From the sequence record JX128257: a stretch of 64,000 nucleotides of DNA; one strand, 5' to 3'. The notes under the pieces were generated by a model. That model did not search any database. It had not been told where the DNA came from and was given only the letters and a program-made list of their open reading frames with translations. Made by a program: the position numbers and the translations under genes. The DNA is from Escherichia phage ECML-4. Every line of letters starts with the position of its first letter. Position 1 is the stretch's first letter. This document shows positions 25,887 to 36,570 of this stretch, piece by piece.

Positions 25887-28652
25887 ATGACCAGAAATGT
25901 AGAAGAATTATTCGGCGGCGTAGTCACAGCTCCCCACCAGATTCCTTTCACTTATAAATCAAGTGTCGGTGGAGAAACTTTCTTTTCTCTACCTTTCTAT
26001 CCTGTCACTGGTGTTGTCACAATCAACGGTGGTATGCAAGTTCCGTTAGAGAACTTCGAGATAGACGGGAATACGTTGAATCTCGGGCGCGCATTGTCCA
26101 AAGGCGATGTTGTGTATTGCTTATTCGATAAAATTCTTTCACCAGAAGACACTGCCAAAGGCATCCGCATATACAAATTTCAAGCCGTGGGTGGAGAAAC
26201 CGAATTCACGCCTGACTTTACTTCTTATGGTGTACAGTCTCTTTATATCGGTGGCGAATACAAAACTCCTGATATAGAATATTCATACAACAGTACGACT
26301 GGGAAAGTGTCTTTGCAAACTGCATTGACTGCAGGCGTTTGGGTAGTCGCTGAAATCTCTGTTAAACAACCGAATATCAGTCCGGCGTTTGACCGCAGTA
26401 TTCAAGAAATTGCCCGTTCTGCTAATGTGAAAGACTCTGAAGTCATCGTTAGTACGGACACCATATCTTTGTTGGATGGGAAGAAAGTTGTTTATGACAT
26501 AGCGGCACAAACCAGTTATGGTTTACCAACCATTCCTGATGGTTCTGTCATTTCTACGATCTCAGACGGGAAATTGAATTACAACCCAGGTGATGTGCAG
26601 GTTGATTTGTTGCCTTTAGAAGATTCATTTATTAATGTGATAAACACTCTGGGGCGCAATGATGGTGCCAAGTATATCGGAGAATGCCATTCTGTTGCTG
26701 ATCTCAGGAATACTGAACCCACTATGGATGGACAACGCATTATTCTTAAGCAACACACTGCGGGTACTCTTCTTGGTGGAGGGGTATTCCGTGCGTTAAT
26801 TGATGGTACAGGAAAGACTGATGATAACGGTACTGTGATCAAAACTGTTGGCGGCGCAGCCTGGTTACGTGTTAATGCTGATAGAGTTAACCCATTCATG
26901 TTTGGTGCTTTGGGTGGTTCTAATGATGATACTATTCCAGTACAATCTTGTGTGGACAGTGGTAAGGCCACACAATTAACTGGTATACATTACGTTAGCA
27001 ATATCCAGTTAAAATATAATACGTCGTCTATTTATGGGTCTGGATTACATTACTCCAGGTTGCATCAGTTGCCTTCTGCTACTGGGAATTGTATTACCAT
27101 AAAAGATACATGCTCCCTTATTGTATTAGACTCCTTTGGGGTATATGGCACAGGTGCACAACAAGGCACATCATTTACTGCGGGTACAACAGGTATCTAT
27201 ATAGAAACTCCTTCAGGTCTCTCAGCCGATTATCCGTTCCACACTACCGCAGACCCAAGACGCGACTTGTGTATTTCTAAGGTCCATATAGCAGGTTTTG
27301 ATGAATATGGGTTAAATATTGATAGTGGTAACTTTAGTGTTACTACAGATTCTCTTTTAGTCAACCACATCAATCAGGTGGGCGTCCGTTGTGCTACTAC
27401 TGATTGGACTTGGACAAATATCCAGGTTAATACCTGCGGTAAACAATGTCTGGTTCTTGATGGTTGTGGTAATGGTCGTATTATTGGTGGTAAATTCATT
27501 TGGGCTAACTGGCAACCTTATGGTACAGTAGGACAGTTCCCAGGCATTACTATTAATAATAGCCAGAATATGGTTATTAATGGTATTGAGGTACAAGATT
27601 GTGGCGGGAATGGCATTGAGATTAGCGATTCATATTCAATTTCCATGAACGGATTGAACACCAATCGTAACGGCATCAACGCTAACAACACTTTCTACAA
27701 CATCGTATTTAACAAAAGTGATGCAGTTATCAACGGATTCGTAGGACTCAATTATGCCGCGAATAGTGGTTCAGGTGCTAACTCTAGTGCGGGCAATTTT
27801 CAGTTCCTGTCTAATGATTGCAGCGTCACCATTAATGGTGTGGTTGAGACTGGTTATATGGGCATTAACTTTATTGGTGATAACAATATTATCAACCCCA
27901 CAAATTCCGACCTGAGCATTAACGGATTGGTTAATTATTCCAAGACTGGTTTGCAAACCATGAACGAGACCCCTACATTTGATGGTGTTAGCACTACACC
28001 TGTTTATGTAAGTGTCCCATCTTCTGTAGGGCAAGTAAATGGTCTGAGACTATCACAAGCCAACAAAGATAAATTACTGTACTCAAGAACAGCAGGTCCA
28101 GAAGGTATTACCATGGCTGCTGTTGTAGTACCTACCATATCTGGAGCTGAAGTATTTAACTTCATGGCCATTGGTTCAGGGTTTAGTGATACATCCAACA
28201 GTCTTCATCTTCAATTAGTTATAGACGCTTCCGGAAAACAAACAATTGCTTTGCTATTGGGGGGCGATGGTACAACCCAAATTTTATCTGGGGATTTACC
28301 TAACGACCTTAAACTACAAAGTGGTGTGCCATATCATATAGCTATTGGTGCTAAACCTGGATATTTCTGGTGGAGTATTCTTAATATTCAGACGGGTAAG
28401 AGAATCAGACGGTCATTCCGAGGCGCTTATTTAGCTGTACCATTTAATTCTATATTCGGATTAACTTCTTCATTAACATTCTTCTCGGATAGCAATGCTG
28501 GTGGGGATGCCTGTTCTGGTGTAGGTGCTAAAGTGTATGTTGGTATGTTCTCTTCTGAGAATGATTATGTAGCTTCACGGTACTACAACCTGATTAATCC
28601 TGTAGACCCTAATAAGTTAATTAGTTACCGTATATTGGATTCTTCTATTTAA
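25887..28652 (+). CDS. tailspike protein with beta-helix-like domain (922 aa)
   Basis: Start set at ATG 25887 (MTRNVEEL), downstream of the hairpin; track ORF begins at 25872 inside the hairpin. Shares N-terminal module with the 1057-aa tailspike. Confidence 0.7.
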   Translation: MTRNVEELFGGVVTAPHQIPFTYKSSVGGETFFSLPFYPVTGVVTINGGMQVPLENFEIDGNTLNLGRALSKGDVVYCLFDKILSPEDTAKGIRIYKFQAVGGETEFTPDFTSYGVQSLYIGGEYKTPDIEYSYNSTTGKVSLQTALTAGVWVVAEISVKQPNISPAFDRSIQEIARSANVKDSEVIVSTDTISLLDGKKVVYDIAAQTSYGLPTIPDGSVISTISDGKLNYNPGDVQVDLLPLEDSFINVINTLGRNDGAKYIGECHSVADLRNTEPTMDGQRIILKQHTAGTLLGGGVFRALIDGTGKTDDNGTVIKTVGGAAWLRVNADRVNPFMFGALGGSNDDTIPVQSCVDSGKATQLTGIHYVSNIQLKYNTSSIYGSGLHYSRLHQLPSATGNCITIKDTCSLIVLDSFGVYGTGAQQGTSFTAGTTGIYIETPSGLSADYPFHTTADPRRDLCISKVHIAGFDEYGLNIDSGNFSVTTDSLLVNHINQVGVRCATTDWTWTNIQVNTCGKQCLVLDGCGNGRIIGGKFIWANWQPYGTVGQFPGITINNSQNMVINGIEVQDCGGNGIEISDSYSISMNGLNTNRNGINANNTFYNIVFNKSDAVINGFVGLNYAANSGSGANSSAGNFQFLSNDCSVTINGVVETGYMGINFIGDNNIINPTNSDLSINGLVNYSKTGLQTMNETPTFDGVSTTPVYVSVPSSVGQVNGLRLSQANKDKLLYSRTAGPEGITMAAVVVPTISGAEVFNFMAIGSGFSDTSNSLHLQLVIDASGKQTIALLLGGDGTTQILSGDLPNDLKLQSGVPYHIAIGAKPGYFWWSILNIQTGKRIRRSFRGAYLAVPFNSIFGLTSSLTFFSDSNAGGDACSGVGAKVYVGMFSSENDYVASRYYNLINPVDPNKLISYRILDSSI

Positions 28653-28706
28653 AAATATACCCCTCTTCGGAGGGTATTTACTAGAGAAAAACAGGAGATT
28701 CTTATT

Positions 28707-30941
28707 ATGAATCCGCAATTTGCTCAACCAAAAGGTTCTACTTCAAAAGAATCGAACAAAGACAGTATTGCTCGTAAATTTGGGTGTAAAAAGTCGGAAG
28801 TCGTTTATGCGAAATCAGGACAGTCCTTGTCTGGATATAAGGTTATTTATGACAAGGAAACACAGAGAGCGTATTCCTTGCCTGTAGATATTCCAGCAGG
28901 AACCACGGCTATTAGCCTTAGCGCCAGTGCTCTGCTTGTACACTCTGGGGGTTCTGTAGACCTGGGCGAACTAGCTTCCCAACGCAATGAATATAATGTA
29001 TTACCTGGTTCTTTTACTACTGGTGCAATAGTATCCACAAAGAATGATGTACTTACCCACAATGGTATCCAGTATCGTTGGAATGGTTCATTACCTAAAG
29101 TTGTACCTCAGAACTCTTTACCATCCAGTGATGATAATTGGATTGGCTTGGGTGCTTCTTATCTGAAGGAACAGCTTAACAGTACCAGTGGTGCATCCAT
29201 GGTAGTACTGGCTAATGGCAAAACCATTGAAGAAGAATTTGCCGAAGAAGCTGCATGGCAGAACCAAGAGAATATGGTGAGAACCGTTATTCCTAATGTT
29301 TATCACCATATCCGTGGCGTTCAGCGTCACTCTGGTAAAAACTTAGCATGGTCTGCTCCAGACGTTGCTATTGATAAACTTAACCCTACGGATACCGTCT
29401 TCTACCGTATGCCCCAGATTGTTAAAACTGGTGATGGTACTCTGATGATTTTCTGTAATGAGTTGCATGGTAACAATACAGATATTGGTGCTACTCCAGA
29501 TCAGCAATGTAATATCGTTATGAAATACTCCATTGATAATGGGTGGTCTTGGTCGGCTAAGGTAGTGGTAGCTAACTTTGGGGCTACGTATCAGAACGGT
29601 GAGATTGCTGCTGTGTATAACCCAGTAGATGGTCGGGTATACTGTTACTTTACTTCCTGCAAAGGCCAGTTGGGTTGGGGATACTCACAGCCAGGCAATG
29701 ACCCTAATACATCATCCCAGATATATGTTACCTACTGTGATGCGGAAGCTCCTACTATATGGCGTACACCAGCTAACATTACTGCTACCCTTAAGCCAGC
29801 AACGGCAGATTTTATCTGGACTTCACCAACTAAACCAGTTGTTTTACCGGATGGTAAGATGGCAATGATTGTGTCTACCGTCACTGGTTCACGGGTTGAT
29901 TCTTTCCTTACCATCATGAAGTATGACATTAAGTACAGCATGGACTACGTACTTAGTTCCGAAGAATCTGGTGGGGAAGTCGGACTGAACCTTTTGCCGG
30001 ATGGTCGTATGGTGATGAACTCTCGTGCTTACCACACCACAGACCTTAAAGGGCTTCAGAAATTCTATATCAGTGATCATCAGTTTAAGAACTGGCAGCA
30101 CTTATCTGATTTAGTTACATCGGATAGTAAGGGTGACCTGGTTCCTATTTTTGATGGGGTTAATGGTGTTCTTACTTGGGCGTTTACTTGTGCTAATGGT
30201 GTAGGTGATAATTCTATTGGTCGTACTAACTACCGAGTATGGATTAGTCGTGACCTAGTTACTTGGGGGTTAGCTCCTACTGGGGATATCAACACAAGTG
30301 ATTCTGTTGGGTACATCGCATCAATGCCTGGTGGTGATGATGGTTATGTAATCTCTACATCTGAATCAGGTGGTTTTGGTGGTATTTGGTTTACTCAATG
30401 GAATGCTAAGTATATCCAGAACAGAAACTACAACCGCTATCACAAAGAGTTGCGAGAATTAGAGTCAGTAGATGAAACAGCAATGCTCGCATCCGGCGCT
30501 ATTCCTAACTACTCTTTTTACGTAAACAAAGACTCCAACCTAATTAACTTCAACCGCAACGGTACTCCAGTTAAGATTCAGCAATTGGGGGTTAGTCAGA
30601 ATGCTGTTGATAAGTACACTACAACTCAGACCCTAGCATCTATTCCTGTAGATGGTGTTGATATTGTATTAGTCACTGGTTCCGGTATTACTCTTACCCT
30701 TAGTGGGTTTAGCGGTGGATATATGGGCCAGCGTGTGACAGTTATCTCTGATTCATCTGGTGGTGGGGTAGTGCTTAAACGTGCTGATACAACATTGCCT
30801 ACTGTAACGGACAGATTCCACTTTAATGTGGCAGGAGCCTTTACTGCTTTGAGGGTAGACTATGCAACTAAGATGATGGTTACTTTAGTTAAGACTCCAT
30901 CTGGTTGGTTCACGGAAAGTATTGCTAACGTAACAATCTAA
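28707..30941 (+). CDS. tailspike protein with sialidase-like (BNR/Asp-box) domain (744 aa)
   Basis: Shared N-terminal module with the 627-aa tailspike; YRMP motif resembling the sialidase (F/Y)RIP motif, followed by Asp-box SIDNGWSW (SxDxGxTW pattern). Confidence 0.65.
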   Translation: MNPQFAQPKGSTSKESNKDSIARKFGCKKSEVVYAKSGQSLSGYKVIYDKETQRAYSLPVDIPAGTTAISLSASALLVHSGGSVDLGELASQRNEYNVLPGSFTTGAIVSTKNDVLTHNGIQYRWNGSLPKVVPQNSLPSSDDNWIGLGASYLKEQLNSTSGASMVVLANGKTIEEEFAEEAAWQNQENMVRTVIPNVYHHIRGVQRHSGKNLAWSAPDVAIDKLNPTDTVFYRMPQIVKTGDGTLMIFCNELHGNNTDIGATPDQQCNIVMKYSIDNGWSWSAKVVVANFGATYQNGEIAAVYNPVDGRVYCYFTSCKGQLGWGYSQPGNDPNTSSQIYVTYCDAEAPTIWRTPANITATLKPATADFIWTSPTKPVVLPDGKMAMIVSTVTGSRVDSFLTIMKYDIKYSMDYVLSSEESGGEVGLNLLPDGRMVMNSRAYHTTDLKGLQKFYISDHQFKNWQHLSDLVTSDSKGDLVPIFDGVNGVLTWAFTCANGVGDNSIGRTNYRVWISRDLVTWGLAPTGDINTSDSVGYIASMPGGDDGYVISTSESGGFGGIWFTQWNAKYIQNRNYNRYHKELRELESVDETAMLASGAIPNYSFYVNKDSNLINFNRNGTPVKIQQLGVSQNAVDKYTTTQTLASIPVDGVDIVLVTGSGITLTLSGFSGGYMGQRVTVISDSSGGGVVLKRADTTLPTVTDRFHFNVAGAFTALRVDYATKMMVTLVKTPSGWFTESIANVTI

Positions 30942-30947
30942 AATACA

Positions 30948-30974
30948 AGCCCCCAATAAGGGGGCTTTCTTTTG
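30948..30974 (+). terminator. rho-independent terminator
   Basis: AGCCCCC-AATAA-GGGGGCT followed by TTCTTTTG. Confidence 0.65.
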
Positions 30975-31105
30975 CTATGTCTCGTTAACCTGACAGGAAC
31001 TGGAAGTTCAAAACTATCAGGTGGAGGAACTGGGTTTTTATTTCTATCTGTTTGTTGGCTGTATACTAAATATCTCTATAAAATGGCACTAGATGGAGCA
31101 TCAAA

Positions 31106-34100
31106 ATGCAATCTACAAATTTAAACCGTCGCCCGTATTGGGATGACTGGAATCCTGGGAAACGTTTTTCACGGATTCTTTTTCGTCCGATGCCTATCAA
31201 GGTTCAGACTCGCGAACTGAACCAGATGCAGACTATTCTTCAGGATCAAATTGAAAAACTGGGCAACCATCTGTTCAAAGATGGTTCTATGGTTATCCCT
31301 GGCGGTCTGACGATCACCAATGCCGCAGTCTCTTTGAAATTCACTTTGGCGGGTGGTACTGAATTCACCGATCTGGAAGGTATTTCTGAACTCTACGTTT
31401 TGGGGAAAGACAATAACGCCAAAGCGCGTGTGTTGTCTCTTGAACGTGATCTGTCTGCTCCTGATACGATGTTGGCCATCCTTGAGATGACTGAAGCGGG
31501 TAATGCTGACGGATTCCATGTTAACGATAATCTGTATTTCCAGACTTACGACGTGAATGATAATTTCATTCGTATTGGTTATGGGATCGCGGCTGCTGTA
31601 ACTGGTTCTATCGTTGCTCGTATGACGAAAGGCGTTTACTTCATTCGTGGGATGTTCCTTGATGTTGATGACGCGACTCTCATCGTCGATAAAACTTCAA
31701 ACACTTCTTCCCATCGCGTCGGGTTTAAAGTCACCGAAACCATCGTGACTGAATCTGAAGACGAATCCCTTTATTCAAACGCTCAGGGAACGATTAACTC
31801 CAAAGCCCCAGGCGCTCATCGTCTTCGAATAGATCTGGTCTTATCTCGATTTGATTATGATGCTGTGGTTGAAGACTTTGTTGAACTGGCCAAAGTTCGT
31901 GATGGTAAAATCCAGTCTATGGTGACTCAGTCCACCTATAATATTCTGGAAGACACGTTGGCTCAACGGACGTATGAAACCAACGGCGATTACAACGTTT
32001 CAACGCATCAGATCGACATCCGCGAACACCTGAAAGTCAATAACAATGGTGGAGTATTCAATGCTGCTGATGGCGGCGACGAAAGTAAATTCGTGTCTGT
32101 AATGAAACCAGGTATTTCCTATGTTCGCGGTCGTCGTATCGAAAACGTCGGGGAAGAGTTGGTGATCGTTGACAAGGCACGGGATACCGATGTCCTGAAT
32201 AACACGCCTGTCGCAGTTGCTACAGGGAATTATCTGGTCACCAAGAACTCCAAAGGTGTTCCAGTAATATCTCGCACTGTGCGATACAAGTTATTGAACG
32301 CATCCGGCGCTACTCAAGCCACGGCGTTGTGTATATCCGCTGAACGCAATTCAACTGAATTCCGCCTGTACATGCGTGATTTAGTTGTGACTGGGGACGC
32401 GTCCACTATCACCAAAGTGTCTTATGAAGAAAGTGGGATCACCATGTTTTCTGCTGAACTGGAATCCAACCAGTTTAACCAGAGTTCTATGGTAGACCTG
32501 ATCTTCTCTCTTCCGGTCTTCGGTGTTAAAACATTAGCGCCAACAGGTTCCGTGGATATCAACTACACAGTCCTCAGAACTTATAAGGTGACGCTAGACA
32601 GCAGCGGTTCTGGTTCTATTTCAGCCCCGCTGGGATATAGTTTTTCCCCAGAATTTTCGTTGTACTCTGCAGCGAAATCAGATGGTTCGGAAGCGCAGTT
32701 CGATATCTCTGGCTCTTTGTCTTTGACTGGTTCTCCGGTCGGTTCGGCGCTGCAGATTTCTCTGGGTAGTGGTAATGCTAACCAGTCAATCAATTTGCTG
32801 GCGCTGATGATTCGTACCACGGCCACAATCAAAACGAAGACCATCACTGAAACAACTGAAACAGTGACGTTCACATCACAGACCAGCCGTCCTTTGGCGA
32901 ATCACGATGGTTGGAAATTGGTATCGGTCAAAAACGATACTGGCGCAGACGTGACCTCTAGCTTCGTTCTAGATGGTGGACAGCGTGATGCAGGGTATTA
33001 CAAGTCTAACTTGTTATCCAGCGCTGGAGCAATCTCAGGGACGTATACAGTGGTGTATCAATACTTCGCCCACAGTTCCGGTGATTTCTTCTCTGCTGAT
33101 TCGTATACTTCGATGGATTATAAAGATATCCCGAATTATACATCTTCTACATCAGGCGCGGTGTACGGCCTGGCAGATAGTTTAGATTTCCGTCCGAAAA
33201 TCACCAACGGAACTTCTGACACAGATATGGTTCGTCCAAACACTGCAGTTATTCTGGACACAGAATATTATCTGCCGCGTATCGACGCGATTTATCTGGC
33301 AGACAACGGTGTGTTTGGTGTGGCTCGAGGCATCAGTTCTAATAATCTGGCTTCTCCAGCAATCCCAGCGAACGCCATGCGTTTGTATGAATTGTTGATC
33401 CCGCCGTATACACCGAATATTGATGATATCCAAATTCGAACTATTGATAATCGTCGTTATACAATGCGCGATATCGGTAAACTGGAAACCCGTATTTCCA
33501 ATGTTGAATACTATACCTCTCTGTCACAGCTGGAATCTTCAGCGATGACACAGCAAGTGTTTGACCCCATCACGGGTAATCCTCGTTTCAAAAATGGTAT
33601 TGCAGCTGATCCGTTCAAAGACTTCCGGTTGATTGATGACTTGTCTGAAGATTGGATGGGTTCTATCGATACCGAAAACGGACGTCTACGCCCGTTTGTA
33701 CAACAGAACGTTGTTGACATGACTCCGGTTGGCTGGAACAAAGTGATGGATGGGATGGTGGTTTGTAATTACACACCTGAAATCTCAGTGAACCAAGAAT
33801 ATGCGACGACGACGATCAACGTTAACCCGTATGCAGTATTCAATTGGGAAGGTTTCTTGAAGATTAACCCGACCACAGACTACTGGTTCGAAAACTATTA
33901 TGTTGCCCCGCGTATTATTAATGAAACGATCAACACCCGTGGTACTGTACAAGAAGGTTCAGTGTACGGAACATGGCGGACTGTTTCTGTTTCTGATCGT
34001 GTTTGGGAGCCGCATGGTGCTGGTGGTGTGTGGTGGGGATATCGTTACCGCACGACTGTTTCTGCCCGTGATGTCACCACATATACATACACGGACAAAA

Positions 34101-35944
34101 CAACCACGACCATGACTGGTGAACAGATTGTGGAGACGCAAGTTATCCCATACATGCGCGAGATCGATATTTCTTTCGACGCATCTGGACTGCGACCTTT
34201 CACTCGTATGTATGCGTTCTTCTCTGGTCGTGACGTCAATCTGTATTGCAAACCGAATGGTGGTAATTTCGGTGACCCAATCACCACTGATGCCAATGGT
34301 GCTGTTAAAGGTGTATTCCGCGTTCCACAGAACGATACAATCAAGTTCAACACAGGCGACAACGTGTTCCGCTTAACGGATAGCCCTGTTGACAGTAAAT
34401 CTGCGGATGATACACTGACCAATGCAGAAATTGTTCATAAATCTTTCGGTAAGAAACAAGGTATTCAAAAGACCTTTGTCAACACTCGTGTCCTGGGTTA
34501 CACTGCCAGTACTCGCACCGAAACCAGCACTTCTGAAGTTGTGGTCGACCAATGGCGTGATCCGATTGCCCAATCGTTTATGGTAGCGACTAAGAATGGC
34601 GGCGAGTATATCGAAGGCGTGGAAGTATTCTTCTCTACCAAGTCACGTGATGTTCCGATCACTCTGGAAATTCGCGAGATGGAGAATGGCTTACCTTCTC
34701 ATACAGTCATTACTCGTAAAACTTTGAACCCGTCTGAAGTGACGATCTCTACAGACTCTTCCGGCGGTACGAAGTTCACCTTTGATTATCCGGTGTATCT
34801 GCAAGCATCGACTGAGTTTGCTATCGTTTTGTTGGCGAATACCCAGGATTACAACGCGTATATCGCGGAAATGGGCAAGAAAAACCTTCTGTCCAACGAA
34901 TATATCGCCAAACAACCGTATACAGGGGTGTTCTTCACTTCTTCAAACGGTTCTACATGGTCTCCAAACCAAATGGCTGATATGAAATTCCGCATATATC
35001 GTTGTAACTTCGCTGCGGGACAGAACGTTGTAACATTTGATTCGAAGCTCGGGCCAAAACAACGTCCGTTGGGATTGAATACTCTGAACTGCGTGAGTGG
35101 GTCTTCTGTTGTGACTGTGTTTGCACCTGGTCATGGTTTGGTTGCTGGGAACAATGTTACTCTTTCTGAATTGACAGGTGGTTGTGGCTTTACTCCTGAA
35201 CAACTTAACAAAACGTTTACTGTGACAGATGCGAGCTATACTTCATTCAAGATTGATGTTGGCGCAGCAGCAGACAGCAACGGTCAGATTGGTGGCGACA
35301 ACGCATCTTTCTTGGGAAATTATCTGGTTGATATGTTCTATGCCAGCGTTACCAATTCGGCTCTGGAAGGTTCAATATTGAAACTGGAATATCGTTACCG
35401 CGATGCCACTTCAAACTCCATGTCGGATTGGGCTGAATTTGAAACTGATACTGATGTTGCTCTGCCGACTGAAGGTATCTATCGCCAGGTTGGTGACTTC
35501 CAGATTCGTGCTACTATGACTCGTAGTGAAAACAACGTGTACACAGCACCGATGATTGATGGTGATGACCTAAGTGTAATCTTCAACTCTTATGGCGTAG
35601 ATCCTTTTGAAGACGTTTTCAAATATGTCACAAAGGACATTGGTTTCGATAACCCATGTTCGACTGTGAAACTGTTCTTCGGGGCGATGCTGCCTTCTCA
35701 ATCCTCCATGAAGGTGCAGGTAAAACTGCTCCGAGCAGGGCAAGAGATGGATAGCGTGGATTGGGAAGACGTTACTCCAACTTCGCCTCTGGTTAACGAC
35801 GGTTCTACATTCTTTGAATATGAGTATGATAAGACTGTGGCAAGCAACAATCCGTTCGTTGGACTGAAAGTCAGAGCACTTGTAAGGGGGAACCGAGTTG
35901 CTCCTCCTTCATTCAAAGACTTCCGTCTTATTGCTCTGGCATAA
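31106..35944 (+). CDS. giant virion structural protein (1612 aa), function unknown
   Basis: Single uninterrupted ORF within the late structural block, preceded by a CTAAATATC late-promoter-like box at about 31063. Confidence 0.6.
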   Translation: MQSTNLNRRPYWDDWNPGKRFSRILFRPMPIKVQTRELNQMQTILQDQIEKLGNHLFKDGSMVIPGGLTITNAAVSLKFTLAGGTEFTDLEGISELYVLGKDNNAKARVLSLERDLSAPDTMLAILEMTEAGNADGFHVNDNLYFQTYDVNDNFIRIGYGIAAAVTGSIVARMTKGVYFIRGMFLDVDDATLIVDKTSNTSSHRVGFKVTETIVTESEDESLYSNAQGTINSKAPGAHRLRIDLVLSRFDYDAVVEDFVELAKVRDGKIQSMVTQSTYNILEDTLAQRTYETNGDYNVSTHQIDIREHLKVNNNGGVFNAADGGDESKFVSVMKPGISYVRGRRIENVGEELVIVDKARDTDVLNNTPVAVATGNYLVTKNSKGVPVISRTVRYKLLNASGATQATALCISAERNSTEFRLYMRDLVVTGDASTITKVSYEESGITMFSAELESNQFNQSSMVDLIFSLPVFGVKTLAPTGSVDINYTVLRTYKVTLDSSGSGSISAPLGYSFSPEFSLYSAAKSDGSEAQFDISGSLSLTGSPVGSALQISLGSGNANQSINLLALMIRTTATIKTKTITETTETVTFTSQTSRPLANHDGWKLVSVKNDTGADVTSSFVLDGGQRDAGYYKSNLLSSAGAISGTYTVVYQYFAHSSGDFFSADSYTSMDYKDIPNYTSSTSGAVYGLADSLDFRPKITNGTSDTDMVRPNTAVILDTEYYLPRIDAIYLADNGVFGVARGISSNNLASPAIPANAMRLYELLIPPYTPNIDDIQIRTIDNRRYTMRDIGKLETRISNVEYYTSLSQLESSAMTQQVFDPITGNPRFKNGIAADPFKDFRLIDDLSEDWMGSIDTENGRLRPFVQQNVVDMTPVGWNKVMDGMVVCNYTPEISVNQEYATTTINVNPYAVFNWEGFLKINPTTDYWFENYYVAPRIINETINTRGTVQEGSVYGTWRTVSVSDRVWEPHGAGGVWWGYRYRTTVSARDVTTYTYTDKTTTTMTGEQIVETQVIPYMREIDISFDASGLRPFTRMYAFFSGRDVNLYCKPNGGNFGDPITTDANGAVKGVFRVPQNDTIKFNTGDNVFRLTDSPVDSKSADDTLTNAEIVHKSFGKKQGIQKTFVNTRVLGYTASTRTETSTSEVVVDQWRDPIAQSFMVATKNGGEYIEGVEVFFSTKSRDVPITLEIREMENGLPSHTVITRKTLNPSEVTISTDSSGGTKFTFDYPVYLQASTEFAIVLLANTQDYNAYIAEMGKKNLLSNEYIAKQPYTGVFFTSSNGSTWSPNQMADMKFRIYRCNFAAGQNVVTFDSKLGPKQRPLGLNTLNCVSGSSVVTVFAPGHGLVAGNNVTLSELTGGCGFTPEQLNKTFTVTDASYTSFKIDVGAAADSNGQIGGDNASFLGNYLVDMFYASVTNSALEGSILKLEYRYRDATSNSMSDWAEFETDTDVALPTEGIYRQVGDFQIRATMTRSENNVYTAPMIDGDDLSVIFNSYGVDPFEDVFKYVTKDIGFDNPCSTVKLFFGAMLPSQSSMKVQVKLLRAGQEMDSVDWEDVTPTSPLVNDGSTFFEYEYDKTVASNNPFVGLKVRALVRGNRVAPPSFKDFRLIALA

Positions 35945-35996
35945 ATAATGTTGAAAGGTGGGCGTAAAGCCCACCAAACCAATAGAGGATAAAAAT

Positions 35997-36245
35997 ATGC
36001 GTGGAATGAAAGTACAGGGGCACGCATCCATGTTGAGAAGCAGTTCTTGCCCTGGCGCGATTATTTGCACCGATCACGCCGCTGGTATGGCTGCATTGCA
36101 AGCCCGTCAACGCAATGAAACCCGTGAAGCCACCATTGTTGAACAATCAAACCAGATATCTAATCTGGAGGCAACAATCAAAATGATGGCCGAAAAGTTG
36201 GGGATTGAAATCCCCGAAGGAGGTCAGAATGGCGACGCAAGCTGA
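35997..36245 (+). CDS. small hypothetical protein
   Basis: ORF 35958..36245 in track; start at ATG 35997 preferred on spacing. Low support. Confidence 0.3.
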   Translation: MRGMKVQGHASMLRSSSCPGAIICTDHAAGMAALQARQRNETREATIVEQSNQISNLEATIKMMAEKLGIEIPEGGQNGDAS

Positions 36246-36570
36246 AAGAACGGGGCTTGACATCCGTGGTATCTTAACCGCTGTCGTGGCTTCTGCATTG
36301 GTCTCTGCGGCATCATTCCTTTGGTTCATGGGCGGGATGGAAACGCGCGTGAATGTATTGGAACGAGATTCCAACAAGATGGATCAAGTTCTTCAGAAAG
36401 TGAATGACATGAGTGAACGTATGGCGATCATGAATACTGACCTCGCATATGTCAAACAAAACATGGCTGAGTTAAAACTCAATAGTAGCAGTCTTTCAGA
36501 TGATGTTCGCACACTGCGGATTACTGTATCTGATTTGCAGCAAAAGGGGAATAACAATGGCCGTCAATAA
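36229..36570 (+). CDS. membrane-anchored coiled-coil protein
   Basis: Hydrophobic segment ILTAVVASALVSAASFLWFMGG followed by a heptad-like charged region; start position uncertain. Confidence 0.4.
   Translation: MATQAERTGLDIRGILTAVVASALVSAASFLWFMGGMETRVNVLERDSNKMDQVLQKVNDMSERMAIMNTDLAYVKQNMAELKLNSSSLSDDVRTLRITVSDLQQKGNNNGRQ

Noticed and set aside
35997-36570. Spanin pair (lipoprotein plus membrane coiled-coil) upstream of the neck genes
   Set aside because: The membrane-anchored coiled-coil protein is i-spanin-like, but the neighbouring small ORF lacks a convincing signal peptide and lipobox and no embedded o-spanin ORF was found; the location inside the late structural block is also unusual for lysis genes.
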